Both the position numbers and the translations under genes were made by a program. A model generated the notes under the pieces. It saw only the letters and a program-made list of their open reading frames with translations. It did no database searches and was not told where the DNA came from. 43,585 nucleotides of DNA from a virus (lineage: Duplodnaviria > Caudoviricetes): positions 1-43,585 of the IMG/VR virus record IMGVR_UViG_3300044983_000166. The stretch is one strand, 5' to 3'. Below are positions 8,854-17,958 of this stretch, piece after piece. How positions within the stretch are numbered: position 1 is the first letter of the stretch; the number at the start of each line of letters is the position of its first letter.

Positions 8854-8910
8854 CCTACGTCACATCTGACGTAGGAAGTTCTTGACACGCTCGGAAACAT
8901 CCCTCAGCTT
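8854..8910 (+). promoter_or_regulatory. Putative late promoter with palindromic upstream site (copy 1)
   Basis: CCTACGTCA-CATC-TGACGTAGG (perfect 9-bp inverted repeat), then TTGACA(8882-87)-N17-CAGCTT. Confidence 0.6.
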
Positions 8911-8914
8911 TAAA

Positions 8915-9030
8915 GCACGCTCGACTCAGAGAGCGGTTCAAAACCTGAGGGTGCGACTGGTTGCGTCAAGCCAGGTGGATCGAAGCGGGAGCGAAAAGCT
9001 CCGAGACTCTTCATTCTCCTGGAGCCCAGC
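8915..9030 (+). ncRNA. Putative structured 5' leader of the capsid gene
   Basis: Several complementary segments (see findings). Not a family I recognise. Confidence 0.35.
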
Positions 9031-10359
9031 GTGGGAAATACCTACACCGAGCAGATGTTCAAGCGCCGCTACAAGAGCGGCGAGCAGGTCACGAACCTGT
9101 CCGTGGTCGATACGGTCATTCTCGACGAGATTCCGCGGTCCATCAGCCCTGACGGCGAGAGCTTCAACAGCTTCGTCCAGGTGAGCGGTGGCGTGGGCTG
9201 GTCCGGAACTCGAGCAGGCGCGCGAGCAGTCGCCAACCAAGGCGGCCGGCGCGGTAACGGCTCGTTCCAACAGATTCGCAACGCCCAAGGCTGTCTCAAG
9301 GGCGAGGTCACCATTGACGAGCGCGAGGTAAAGCGCGGCAACAGCGGCGACGCTGCAGCCCTGCGCGCCATGAGCGCCCACGTCGAAGGCCATCTCTCGA
9401 TGGCTGGCCAGACCCTCGAATGGATGGTCACCGCCGGCAGCCGAGGCCTGGCAATCTGCTCTGGCACCATCAGCGCTGGCGTGGTCACCATCACGAGCAA
9501 CGCCGAGCACATCAACCGCATTCGCCCGGACATGATCCTGGTCGCGAGCGCGGCGGACGGCACCAGCGGGTCGCTACTCGGCGGCTCGAGCCAGGGCTTC
9601 GTGCTGAAGGTCGGGCGCTCCGGCAGCTCGCCCACGTTCACGGTGTCCAACGTCAGCGGCGGCACAGCGGCGACGCCCGCCGGCTGGACCGGCACGATGT
9701 TCTTCTTCATGCTCGGCGTCTACGCCCCGGCCAACCTCGGCGCAGGCAACGACAACGGCGTGGACGGAGCAACCTCGGGCTTCGTGCTCGATACCTTCGA
9801 CAGCTGGTGCAACGCCACCGCTCCCGCGGCGACCCTGTTCAAGAACATGGATCGCACCTTCGACGAGCTCCTGGGCGGCGTGCGCCTGCTCGCGGCGGAG
9901 GTGGTGAACCTCAACATCCTGCAGCGCCTGGAGAAGCTGGCCATCGTGGCTCGCTCCAGGTTCGGCTGGAAGCGAGGGACGAAGGTCAACGCCTACGTGC
10001 ACACCGTGCGCTTCGGCGAGGCCTCGCAGCTCCTGCAGCGCACCGACGTTCGCCAGGCAGGCTACAACGTCACCGAGAGCGGCAAGGGCAAGGCCGGGTA
10101 CAACTACATCGTGATCACCACCACCGCGGTGGAGATCAAGTTGATGGAGTCGCCCATGGTCGATCCGGACATCGCCTGGATGACGGACCTGAGCAAGTGG
10201 AACCTCCACTCCGCGCACGGCCTGCCCGCCATCATGGACGACGACGGGCTCAAGTGGGTCCGCGACCCCAACACCGACTCTTACGCCCTGCAGTACACGG
10301 GCTATGGGTCTCTCCGCTCCGAGGACCCCAAGGGCCTGGCGCGCTGCCCGCTGAACTGA
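9031..10359 (+). CDS. Major capsid protein (probable)
   Basis: 442 aa with very strong codon bias; first gene of the structural block; C-terminal YALQYTGYGSL..EDPKGLAR pattern is compatible with HK97-fold capsids. Confidence 0.7.
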   Translation: MGNTYTEQMFKRRYKSGEQVTNLSVVDTVILDEIPRSISPDGESFNSFVQVSGGVGWSGTRAGARAVANQGGRRGNGSFQQIRNAQGCLKGEVTIDEREVKRGNSGDAAALRAMSAHVEGHLSMAGQTLEWMVTAGSRGLAICSGTISAGVVTITSNAEHINRIRPDMILVASAADGTSGSLLGGSSQGFVLKVGRSGSSPTFTVSNVSGGTAATPAGWTGTMFFFMLGVYAPANLGAGNDNGVDGATSGFVLDTFDSWCNATAPAATLFKNMDRTFDELLGGVRLLAAEVVNLNILQRLEKLAIVARSRFGWKRGTKVNAYVHTVRFGEASQLLQRTDVRQAGYNVTESGKGKAGYNYIVITTTAVEIKLMESPMVDPDIAWMTDLSKWNLHSAHGLPAIMDDDGLKWVRDPNTDSYALQYTGYGSLRSEDPKGLARCPLN

Positions 10360-10366
10360 GGGCACC

Positions 10367-10777
10367 ATGCCGGACCCTACCAAGCAGAGTCTGTTCCACG
10401 ACGAGCCGTTCGGGGAGCTCTACGCCAACCCGATGGACGTGCGCCTCAAGGGCACGTTCAGCAGCGCGGGCGCTGTGTGCACCATGTCCAGCACGCGGCG
10501 CCAGTCCTGCCCAGGCGTCACCATCACCGGCGCCACGGGCAGCTACGCCGTGGCGGGCCTGCCCACGGGCACCGACGTGTCCGTGCTCGGGTGCGAGCTG
10601 AAGCCGCCCACGGGCACGCAGCTCGTCTGCATCGCCAACATCCTCGCCGGCACCCCGAGCGCCAGCTTGGGAACGGCCACGCTCAAGACGCGGCGCTCCG
10701 ACACGGGCGCCGAGGCAGCGCCGGCTGACGGCACCGAGATCGAGATCACTCTCCGCTACGAGACAGGAGCCTCCTAA
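10367..10777 (+). CDS. Virion structural/decoration-type protein
   Basis: Gly/Thr/Ala-rich beta-type 136 aa protein directly after the capsid gene. Confidence 0.6.
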   Translation: MPDPTKQSLFHDEPFGELYANPMDVRLKGTFSSAGAVCTMSSTRRQSCPGVTITGATGSYAVAGLPTGTDVSVLGCELKPPTGTQLVCIANILAGTPSASLGTATLKTRRSDTGAEAAPADGTEIEITLRYETGAS

Positions 10778-11310
10778 TGGCAGCGCCAGTCATCGTCAAT
10801 AGCCAGTGCCCGCCCGGAGACGCGGTATCCCGCTTCTTCGACCTGCAGGCGCGCAAGACGCTCCGCGTTCCCAAGCTGGTGAACCTGGGAGACGCGCGTA
10901 TCTTCGTGACCACCGACGCGGTGACCACGGGCGTGGTCGCCAACCTCACCACGCTGTTCGCCACGCTCGTGGCCGCCGGCTTCGTGCTGTTCCCCAACAG
11001 CTCGCTCAGCGTCGTGCGCTGCCGAGCCTACGGGCGCGGCGCTGACGCCACGGTATGCCAGTACATCGAGGTGTGCGCCTCGGTGCTCAAGCCCGACGCG
11101 CCCGCAACGGCGCCGGTGGTGACGACCCAGACGGCGCCCATCGCGACCACGGGGCAGGTGCTCAACACGGGCGCCGGCACGCAGGCAACCGCTGTCTTCT
11201 CGGCGTCCAGCAATGATGTGGTGCTCACCTTTGGTGGCTCGGCAACCGCGATGCAGTGGGTGATTGACATCCACGTGGACGACCCGGTGGGCGTCCCGAA
11301 GGGCAGTTGA
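10777..11310 (+). CDS. Virion structural protein
   Basis: TAATG coupling; Thr/Ala/Val-rich; paralog of the next gene. Confidence 0.6.
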   Translation: MAAPVIVNSQCPPGDAVSRFFDLQARKTLRVPKLVNLGDARIFVTTDAVTTGVVANLTTLFATLVAAGFVLFPNSSLSVVRCRAYGRGADATVCQYIEVCASVLKPDAPATAPVVTTQTAPIATTGQVLNTGAGTQATAVFSASSNDVVLTFGGSATAMQWVIDIHVDDPVGVPKGS

Positions 11311-12131
11311 TGACGGTCACAGCGGGAGCAGTTCAGAAGCCCAACAACACGGGCTCGAGTCAGAAGAAGTTCTTCGACTTCATGGCGCGCAGCTCGGCGC
11401 AGCTCGGGCGCACGCTCGGGCAGCCCGACGCCGGCAACGTGGTGCAGAGCACCACGAACGAGACCGGCGTCGCGATCGACCTCACGACCGAGTTCGGCGC
11501 CAGCGCGTTCCAGACGGACACCATCTACCGCATCGTGTTCCGGTCGATCGCGACCGTGGCCGCCAAGCGCTGGGTGCAGGTCTGGGAACAGTACCTGCTC
11601 GGCGGAACCACGCCGGTGCTGATGGGATCGCCCACGATCCTGTCGGCGTACGGCATCGTCAGCGGCGTCACGAGCGCCTACGGGCTCGTTCGCTACCACG
11701 GAACGACCAGCGGCGCGACGGTGACCAACGCGGCAGACCGCAGCGCTGGCCTGTCCCTGGGCAACTTCAGCGGCGGCGTCGCCACCCTGACGATTCCGCA
11801 GAGCCGCGCGACCGCGCGCTGCCTGGGCGCTCACTTCAGCGAGGACGCGGGCGCCATCGCCGACGCGCGCGTGCTGCAGGTGCGCTCTGCCTCGGCGACC
11901 ACGATGACCGTGAACGCCTTCAACAACACCGGCGCCGAGGCACTGGCGGACCCCACGGGCGTCAACAACGTGGACCTGGCGCTCGAGGTGATGCCTCCCC
12001 CGGGCATCGTGCTCGCCATGAGCACCAACAACGTCCAGGCCCAAATCAGCCACGACACTGCGGAGAACTGCCGGCATGCGGTCGACGTCTGGATCGAAGA
12101 AGATCCGACGCAGGCCCCGTTCCAGGCGTAA
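11310..12131 (+). CDS. Virion structural protein (composite of the two preceding domains)
   Basis: Shares FFD..AR, TGV...LTT.F and a C-terminal D..V/I.DP with 10777; the middle resembles 10367. Confidence 0.6.
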   Translation: MTVTAGAVQKPNNTGSSQKKFFDFMARSSAQLGRTLGQPDAGNVVQSTTNETGVAIDLTTEFGASAFQTDTIYRIVFRSIATVAAKRWVQVWEQYLLGGTTPVLMGSPTILSAYGIVSGVTSAYGLVRYHGTTSGATVTNAADRSAGLSLGNFSGGVATLTIPQSRATARCLGAHFSEDAGAIADARVLQVRSASATTMTVNAFNNTGAEALADPTGVNNVDLALEVMPPPGIVLAMSTNNVQAQISHDTAENCRHAVDVWIEEDPTQAPFQA

Positions 12132-12135
12132 CGCC

Positions 12136-12384
12136 ATGGCTGCCAAGGGAGGACTGTTCGCCGTCTCGATGCCGCCCGCGCTGGGCGGCGACGACGAGGA
12201 AGCCGACGACTACTCGGACGACGCTGCGCCCGCCGAGGGCGCGCCTGAGCCTGACGAGCTCGGCGCTGGACCCTTCGACGCCTACGCGGAGACGGTGTTC
12301 GATGAGAAGGCCGACGTTCCCACCAAGAGCGACGCCCTGCGCCAAGCTATCCTGTGCATCCTGGAGGAGCGGGGCGGCAAGTAA
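12136..12384 (+). CDS. Small acidic protein
   Basis: MAAKGGLF...DDEEADDYSDD; strong codon bias. Confidence 0.65.
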   Translation: MAAKGGLFAVSMPPALGGDDEEADDYSDDAAPAEGAPEPDELGAGPFDAYAETVFDEKADVPTKSDALRQAILCILEERGGK

Positions 12385-12390
12385 CCGCCC

Positions 12391-13161
12391 ATGACCACCC
12401 GCACCGTCACCGAGCTCATCGCCGATCTGCGGGACCGGTGCGACCTCGAGGAGATGCTGATTCGGCACACGGACGCGCGCCTGTGCCGCTACCTGACGCA
12501 GAGCTGTCGGGGAGTACGCGCGGAACTTTTGTCGGCGGGTTGCAGTGGTCTCCTCGACTGGAGCACGCCGACAGCTTTACCCGTTGCTCCGCCAACCGGT
12601 GAGAGCTTCCTCGAGGTGGTGTGGCCGCCCACCGCCATCTCGATTCACGGCTTCGACGTGAACCTTGGCAGCAGCGCGAGCCCCAGGTGGTATCCGCTGG
12701 ACCGTATCGAAGCCGGCGATCGGCGCCGCTACTTCGGATGCCAGGGACAGCCCGACGCGTTCCGAATCCGGAGCGTCCCGAAGGAGACGACGCCGGCCAG
12801 CACGGCGCTGGACGCGGGCGCCATCGAGGTCTATCCGCACAGCGCGCTCGGCCTGCTCTACCGCGTGCTGTACTTCGGGGAATACCCCGAGCTGAGCGCT
12901 ACCGCGTCTGGCGGACTCCAGGTCGTCAACGGCTTCGACGGCGACTGGATCGAATGGATTCTCTGGAACGCAGCCGTCATGGTCGCCTACAAGGACGACG
13001 AGGACGACGCAGGCGGCGGCGCGCTGTACGTGAAGGCGACGACCGAGCGCGATCGGGTCAAGCAGCGCATCGTGACCAACATCAACCGGCTGAACCGAGC
13101 CGGGCCGATCGTTCCGTTCCGATCCGGCGGTGGCGCGAGCCGGGCCTACCGCACGCGCTGA
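12391..13161 (+). CDS. Head-tail adaptor protein (probable)
   Basis: N-terminal TVTELIADLRDRCD and C-terminal WILWNAAVMVAYKD helices typical of podovirus adaptors; position. Confidence 0.6.
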   Translation: MTTRTVTELIADLRDRCDLEEMLIRHTDARLCRYLTQSCRGVRAELLSAGCSGLLDWSTPTALPVAPPTGESFLEVVWPPTAISIHGFDVNLGSSASPRWYPLDRIEAGDRRRYFGCQGQPDAFRIRSVPKETTPASTALDAGAIEVYPHSALGLLYRVLYFGEYPELSATASGGLQVVNGFDGDWIEWILWNAAVMVAYKDDEDDAGGGALYVKATTERDRVKQRIVTNINRLNRAGPIVPFRSGGGASRAYRTR

Positions 13162-13170
13162 GGTGGCTCC

Positions 13171-15777
13171 GTGACCATCAGCTGCCCGCACCCGAGACCC
13201 AAGCTCGACCTGCCCGGCTACGCCGCCCCACGGCTCTCCTGGCAGCCTCCGGCCGTCATCCCACAGAACCCTGCCGACATGTCGCGCGTGATGCGCGAGG
13301 CGCTGCAGGGCATCTACAACGAGCTCCTGCGCGCCGCGCGCCGGCGCAACGTGGTGCCGCTCATCGAGAGCATGGACGCGCGCGAGGGGCAAATCATCGT
13401 GGGCGTGGCCGATGGCCAGGTCATCAAGCTTCCAGAGGCAGGCGAAACGGGGGAGTTCGGCACGGTGACCGTGGTGGTCACCGACGTCAAGAGCCCAGCA
13501 ACGCTCGTTAACCCGGACGGATCCACCCTGCTGCTGGACCAGCCTGGCAGCTACGAGGTCGGGCTAGGGCAGGAGGACACGGCGTGGCAGGGTCCGCCTG
13601 GAGTGACCTCCAGCGGCAGCATGGGCGGCGCGGCGGTGGTCCTGGGTGCAGCGCACGCGTCGTTCCCCAATGGGCGTGTCGCCACCGATAGCGCCGAGGT
13701 GGACGCCGACCTGACGACGCCGAGCGCCATCAGCTGGGCGCTCAATGTCGCCAGCGTGGCGTTCAGCAAGCTCGCGAACCTGACCGGGCTATCAGTGCTC
13801 GGTCGAGCCGCGAACAGCACGGGCGTCATGGCGGCCATCACGGCGAGCACTGCAGGCCAGGTGCTGCAGGTGAACGCTGCCGGTAATGCTCTGCAATGGG
13901 GCAATCCGCTGGAGGTGTGGAGCCCAGCGGGGGTCAGCCAGGGCTTCTTTTCGGTTCTGGACCTGCGCAGCCAGACCTCGATCATCTTCAATGGCGGCGC
14001 ATTCGGAAACCGCTGGCAAGTGCGCCCTGTGCGCGCCGCGCTGACGGGCGCCATCACCGCCGCGCAGGACGACAACGCCACGGCCTTCGGAGCGCTCGCA
14101 GCCAAGAGCGTGCTGGCCAATGCCACGAACGCCAGCGCCATCCCTGCCGCGCTCGCGGGTTCGATAGCTTTCCAGCATCTACGCGTGAACAGCGGGAACA
14201 CGGGCCTCGAGTGGTCCGTCTTCACGAGCGGCGACTTTCCCGCTGGCGTGGTGCCCGTGTCGTCGATAGCGGCCATCGCGGCAGACACGTTCATCGGCAA
14301 CACCGGAACGATCTCTGCCTCGCCGGCAGCCATAGCGCTCTCCAGCATCGGCTCTACATCGCTGGTTTACGACGCCACGAGCCACACCTTCCAGCGCGCA
14401 GCCCTGACGGGGGCCGTCACAGCGAGCCAGAACAGCAACGCCACGACGCTCGCCACGCAGGCGGCCAACACGTTCCTCGCCAACGCCACGGCGGGCGTGG
14501 CATCGCCCACCGCGGTCGCATCCAACGCCGAGGGCGTCATGGGTCGCACCTCGGGGAACATCCAGTCGATCGACTCGTCCGTTCAGACCGCGCTGATTCG
14601 CGCTGCTGGCTCGGTGTTCTGGGCGAGCTGCGCCGCCGACCAGACGCTGCGCCGCTCAGGCTCGGGAGACCTCGGGTTCGGGACGCTGGTCACCAACAAC
14701 ATCGGCGCCAACCAGGTCACCAATGCGCGCCTGGCGCAGATGGCCACGGACACCTTCAAGGGCAACGTCACTGCTGGCACAGCGGACCCGGCGGATGTTG
14801 GCCTGTCTACGCTGGCGGGAGCTGGTCTCAGCTTCGCGGCGCACACGCTGGACGTGAATGGATCGACCTCGATCACCATCACCAGTGACCAGGTGCAGCG
14901 CGCGGCACTCACCGGAGCCATCGCGGCGAGCGCCAACGCCAACGCCACGCTGTTCGCAGGCATCCGGGACAACGGGAGCGCAGAAAACGACCGCACGAAT
15001 CTGAACTTCCTGAGTGGCACTTCGATCATCGCAGTTGTCACGGATGACTCCGTGAACGACGAGCTGGAATTGACGTGGCAGCGCGCCGCTCTGTCGGGCG
15101 TAGTGGTGGCCGCTCAGGACCTGAACACCACGACGTTCGGCACAAACATCGTCAATGTGCCGCTTGTCGAGACGGCGCTATCGGGACCCTCTGTGTCAGC
15201 CGGTGGGGGCACGTTCTGGACTCGCAACACTGCACCCACTCGCGGCATGTTCACAGACGACGAGAGCGCGACCTGGGAGCTCATCCCTAATCGCGTCGGC
15301 TCCAACTCCAACACTGTCTCGGCCACGAACACAACGGGAAGCACCACGGGCGCTCAAGGCTCACTGCAGGCGAATTCAGCGGCCGTAGGTACGATCTACA
15401 AGTGCGAAGGCTACATAGTAGTGAGCCGCGGAGCGACGGCGACGGCCTGCAATCTAACTGTCGAGATAGTTCTAGGCGGAACTTCCTATGCAGCGGCGGC
15501 AATCGTGATCCCGACAACCATCAGCACTGTGCACATTGTGCACGTCGTTGGATACTTGCTGTGCCGATCCATAGGAGCCGCTGGGACCTTCCTGGCCAAT
15601 ATTTGGCAGCAGGGAGACATGGGCACAGCGGGGTCAGTCAACACGGCTGCCAGTGCTACCACGAAGGACACAACCGCATCTCAGACGATTTCTTTGACAG
15701 CGAGCATGTCTGCTGCCGTTGCAGCGCTCTCAACAACCTGGACCCATGCGGTAATCACTCGCATGGCGCAGTCTTAA
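13171..15777 (+). CDS. Tail fibre / receptor-binding protein
   Basis: 868 aa, Ala/Thr/Gly/Ser-rich, with four RAAL(T/S)G...N.T repeats and a distinct C-terminal beta domain. Confidence 0.75.
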   Translation: MTISCPHPRPKLDLPGYAAPRLSWQPPAVIPQNPADMSRVMREALQGIYNELLRAARRRNVVPLIESMDAREGQIIVGVADGQVIKLPEAGETGEFGTVTVVVTDVKSPATLVNPDGSTLLLDQPGSYEVGLGQEDTAWQGPPGVTSSGSMGGAAVVLGAAHASFPNGRVATDSAEVDADLTTPSAISWALNVASVAFSKLANLTGLSVLGRAANSTGVMAAITASTAGQVLQVNAAGNALQWGNPLEVWSPAGVSQGFFSVLDLRSQTSIIFNGGAFGNRWQVRPVRAALTGAITAAQDDNATAFGALAAKSVLANATNASAIPAALAGSIAFQHLRVNSGNTGLEWSVFTSGDFPAGVVPVSSIAAIAADTFIGNTGTISASPAAIALSSIGSTSLVYDATSHTFQRAALTGAVTASQNSNATTLATQAANTFLANATAGVASPTAVASNAEGVMGRTSGNIQSIDSSVQTALIRAAGSVFWASCAADQTLRRSGSGDLGFGTLVTNNIGANQVTNARLAQMATDTFKGNVTAGTADPADVGLSTLAGAGLSFAAHTLDVNGSTSITITSDQVQRAALTGAIAASANANATLFAGIRDNGSAENDRTNLNFLSGTSIIAVVTDDSVNDELELTWQRAALSGVVVAAQDLNTTTFGTNIVNVPLVETALSGPSVSAGGGTFWTRNTAPTRGMFTDDESATWELIPNRVGSNSNTVSATNTTGSTTGAQGSLQANSAAVGTIYKCEGYIVVSRGATATACNLTVEIVLGGTSYAAAAIVIPTTISTVHIVHVVGYLLCRSIGAAGTFLANIWQQGDMGTAGSVNTAASATTKDTTASQTISLTASMSAAVAALSTTWTHAVITRMAQS

Positions 15778-16295
15778 AGCTCAGGCTCGAACACGGCGCA
15801 CGCAGCGCGCGAGCAGAAGAACTCCAGCGAGCCCGCGGTCAGGCGCGGGCTGCTGTCGTGGGTCAGATACTGCGCGAACACGCCATCGGTGCCGTGGCCA
15901 CCGTCGTACATGCTGCCCGCTGGGTTCGCCAGCACGTGCATCGACTCATGCAGTATGAGCGACTCGGCGGTGGGGCAGCCGCGCAGGGTCCAGTCGATCT
16001 CCATGCCTCGAGACTCCAGCACGCGCCCGCTGGACACCGTGGCAATCAGCGAGTCTCCGCACGCTGGCTCACCGAGCTCGTTGACGATGACGCCCGGCTC
16101 GAAGGTAAGCGGCGTCCCGCTGTCGGACAGCGTCAGCTCGCATCCTGTGGCGGCGCGCAGGCGCTCAGCGGCGCCGTCAGCCGCTGGTGCCAGGTACCCA
16201 GGGACGGACACCGCCAGCGCGCACGGCGGCGCCTGGGCGTCGTCAGAGGGTCCGCCGCAGGCGAGCGCGAGAAGGGCGAGGGCCACGAGCTTCAC
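15774..16295 (-). CDS. Lipoprotein with HExxH zinc-metallopeptidase motif
   Basis: GTG start coupled to the upstream TGA; signal KLVALALLALAC (lipobox); LILHESMHVL...GGH. Confidence 0.7.
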   Translation of the reverse strand: MKLVALALLALACGGPSDDAQAPPCALAVSVPGYLAPAADGAAERLRAATGCELTLSDSGTPLTFEPGVIVNELGEPACGDSLIATVSSGRVLESRGMEIDWTLRGCPTAESLILHESMHVLANPAGSMYDGGHGTDGVFAQYLTHDSSPRLTAGSLEFFCSRAACAVFEPEL

Positions 16296-16480
16296 TGTAG
16301 CGGCTCGGGGAACATGCGACTCGCTCCGCCGCCGGTTCCGCCGCCAATGCAATCTGGAGCGATGCAATCAGCGGTGTCTCCCGGAGCTAACTCCGGGCTG
16401 CGCTCGCTTCTCAGCTTTACGCCGACCGCGCCGGCCGCAACCAAAGCCAAGGCCGCACCCAACATCAAAGGCTTCTTCAT
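16292..16480 (-). CDS. Small exported peptide (62 aa)
   Basis: AGGAG RBS; MKKPLMLGAALALVAAGAVG signal-like segment; DCIAPDC and Gly-rich tail. Confidence 0.6.
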   Translation of the reverse strand: MKKPLMLGAALALVAAGAVGVKLRSERSPELAPGDTADCIAPDCIGGGTGGGASRMFPEPLQ

Positions 16481-16610
16481 CGTCGATCTCCTATCGCGTC
16501 CGGCGGCAGAGTGCCACCACTGACCAGGCGTTCCCTGCTTGGCCTCTGCCCGCGCGCTGCAGATCACCGGACATATCCGGGCTAGTAGTCATGAACAGCG
16601 CGCAGGCAGG

Positions 16611-16624
16611 GGCCCCGAAGGGCC
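16611..16624 (-). terminator. GC hairpin with UUCG loop after the 427-aa gene (no U tract)
   Basis: GGCCC-TTCG-GGGCC on the minus strand, 8 nt after the stop codon. Confidence 0.35.
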
Positions 16625-16632
16625 GTGAAGCT

Positions 16633-17916
16633 TTACTGGTAGAGTCGACCGAAGGGGAATTGCTGCGAGTTCGGCAACGGAGCCGGCAGAGTCGAGTCCG
16701 AATCGTCAGCGCACGTGTGCCCGTTGATGAACTTAAATGTACCGCTGGTGGGAGTGTATATTCCCAGTACATCTTTGAACACCTGCGGAACGGAGTTCGT
16801 CTGATGGAAAAACAGGTCGCAGTTTCCGCCCGTGGCCATGACCCCTGAGCTGAAGTGTGCGAACCCCAAGACGTGCCCCAGCTCGTGCATAAACATGTTA
16901 ACGGCTGGCGTGTGTAGCATGTCCGGATCGTTCTGGTTGCCGTTGCAGAGCAGCGAGCGCTGCCACATGTTGTCCGCGCTGTACGACATCTGAGCCAGGC
17001 TGTAGGTATACAGACCCTTGGGGAACGCTGCCGGCGTGTGGGCTAGATGGCAGGCTCCAGGGTATGCGTCCTTGGCATTGGTCACGCGCCGAGTGAGATT
17101 TCCGTACGAGCCTGATCGGCCCAGGATTGCCCCGAACGGGCTACCCGGCATTGGCTCGCAGAAGATCGTCAGGTTCTCAGTGTGCGACAGCGTGTGCGTC
17201 ATTGTGATGTTGGATCCCCAGCCGTCGAACGCCTCTTGAATCCAATGGCCCGGGTCCTGGAAGAACGTCGGAGGGAACGTACCGCTCGGCGGCTGAACGT
17301 TGCACGTGCTGTACTCGTCTCCCGGCTCATTTCCCCAGGCTAGACGCCATTTCCAGGCCTTGCTCGAGGGAAACTCGCAGTCCTGCCCGGCGTTCTCTGC
17401 TAGCCAGCAGGCTCCCAACGCATTCGGTGAGCCGTCTGCATTCCTGTTAAACGCCTTCCCGTGGAAGATGGCTGACAGCCAAAATGCCTTCTCGTGCGTC
17501 ACGTTCGGATGCGTCAGGCGCCACGTGTATTCCTCTAGACCGCTGCGAAAGCCCGCCCGATCGTCATCAATGACACCCTCATCGGGCCCCAGCTCATCGA
17601 TGAGAAACCGGTACTCGCCAGTTGGATTGTCCGGTGCAACGCGCGCCAGACGATTGGCGAACGAGTTGATTCCCGTATCGGCATAGTCCGGGCGCTCCAC
17701 TCCTTCGATGATCGGAATGCCGTTGGGGCTCACCTCTAGCGGTGTGCCCGGCAGGCCATTCACCTCGCCCACACCAACAGGGACGGCAGGCTGCTCCGGT
17801 TCTGCTCGAGAGACGGTACCTAGGTCGGGTACCTGTATCTGGGTGCTGTCATCTTCGGCGCACCCAAACACCAATGCCGCACACATCGCGGCCAGCGCGT
17901 GAATCATTCGCTTCAT
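16633..17916 (-). CDS. Metzincin (matrixin-like) zinc-metallopeptidase lipoprotein
   Basis: Lipobox ALVFG-C; HELGHVLGFAH followed by a GVM Met-turn; multiple Cys. Confidence 0.82.
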   Translation of the reverse strand: MKRMIHALAAMCAALVFGCAEDDSTQIQVPDLGTVSRAEPEQPAVPVGVGEVNGLPGTPLEVSPNGIPIIEGVERPDYADTGINSFANRLARVAPDNPTGEYRFLIDELGPDEGVIDDDRAGFRSGLEEYTWRLTHPNVTHEKAFWLSAIFHGKAFNRNADGSPNALGACWLAENAGQDCEFPSSKAWKWRLAWGNEPGDEYSTCNVQPPSGTFPPTFFQDPGHWIQEAFDGWGSNITMTHTLSHTENLTIFCEPMPGSPFGAILGRSGSYGNLTRRVTNAKDAYPGACHLAHTPAAFPKGLYTYSLAQMSYSADNMWQRSLLCNGNQNDPDMLHTPAVNMFMHELGHVLGFAHFSSGVMATGGNCDLFFHQTNSVPQVFKDVLGIYTPTSGTFKFINGHTCADDSDSTLPAPLPNSQQFPFGRLYQ

Positions 17917-17958
17917 AGCTCTGCTTTCTGCCGGACGTGATCCGGCGTTGTTACGTCC

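Noticed and set aside
8762-9030. tRNA or known riboswitch in the intergenic gap
   Set aside because: No cloverleaf/TTCGA arm or aptamer consensus I recognise; kept only as an unassigned structured leader.
9420-12394. Long alternative-frame and antisense ORFs (e.g. 9420-10601, 11028-12146, 11264-12394; likewise 22177-23460 and 33191-34288)
   Set aside because: Arg/Pro/Ala-rich shadow frames expected in high-GC3 DNA overlapping better-supported genes.
13171-15777. Diversity-generating retroelement or invertible tail-fibre system
   Set aside because: No reverse transcriptase, template/variable repeat pair or invertase was found.
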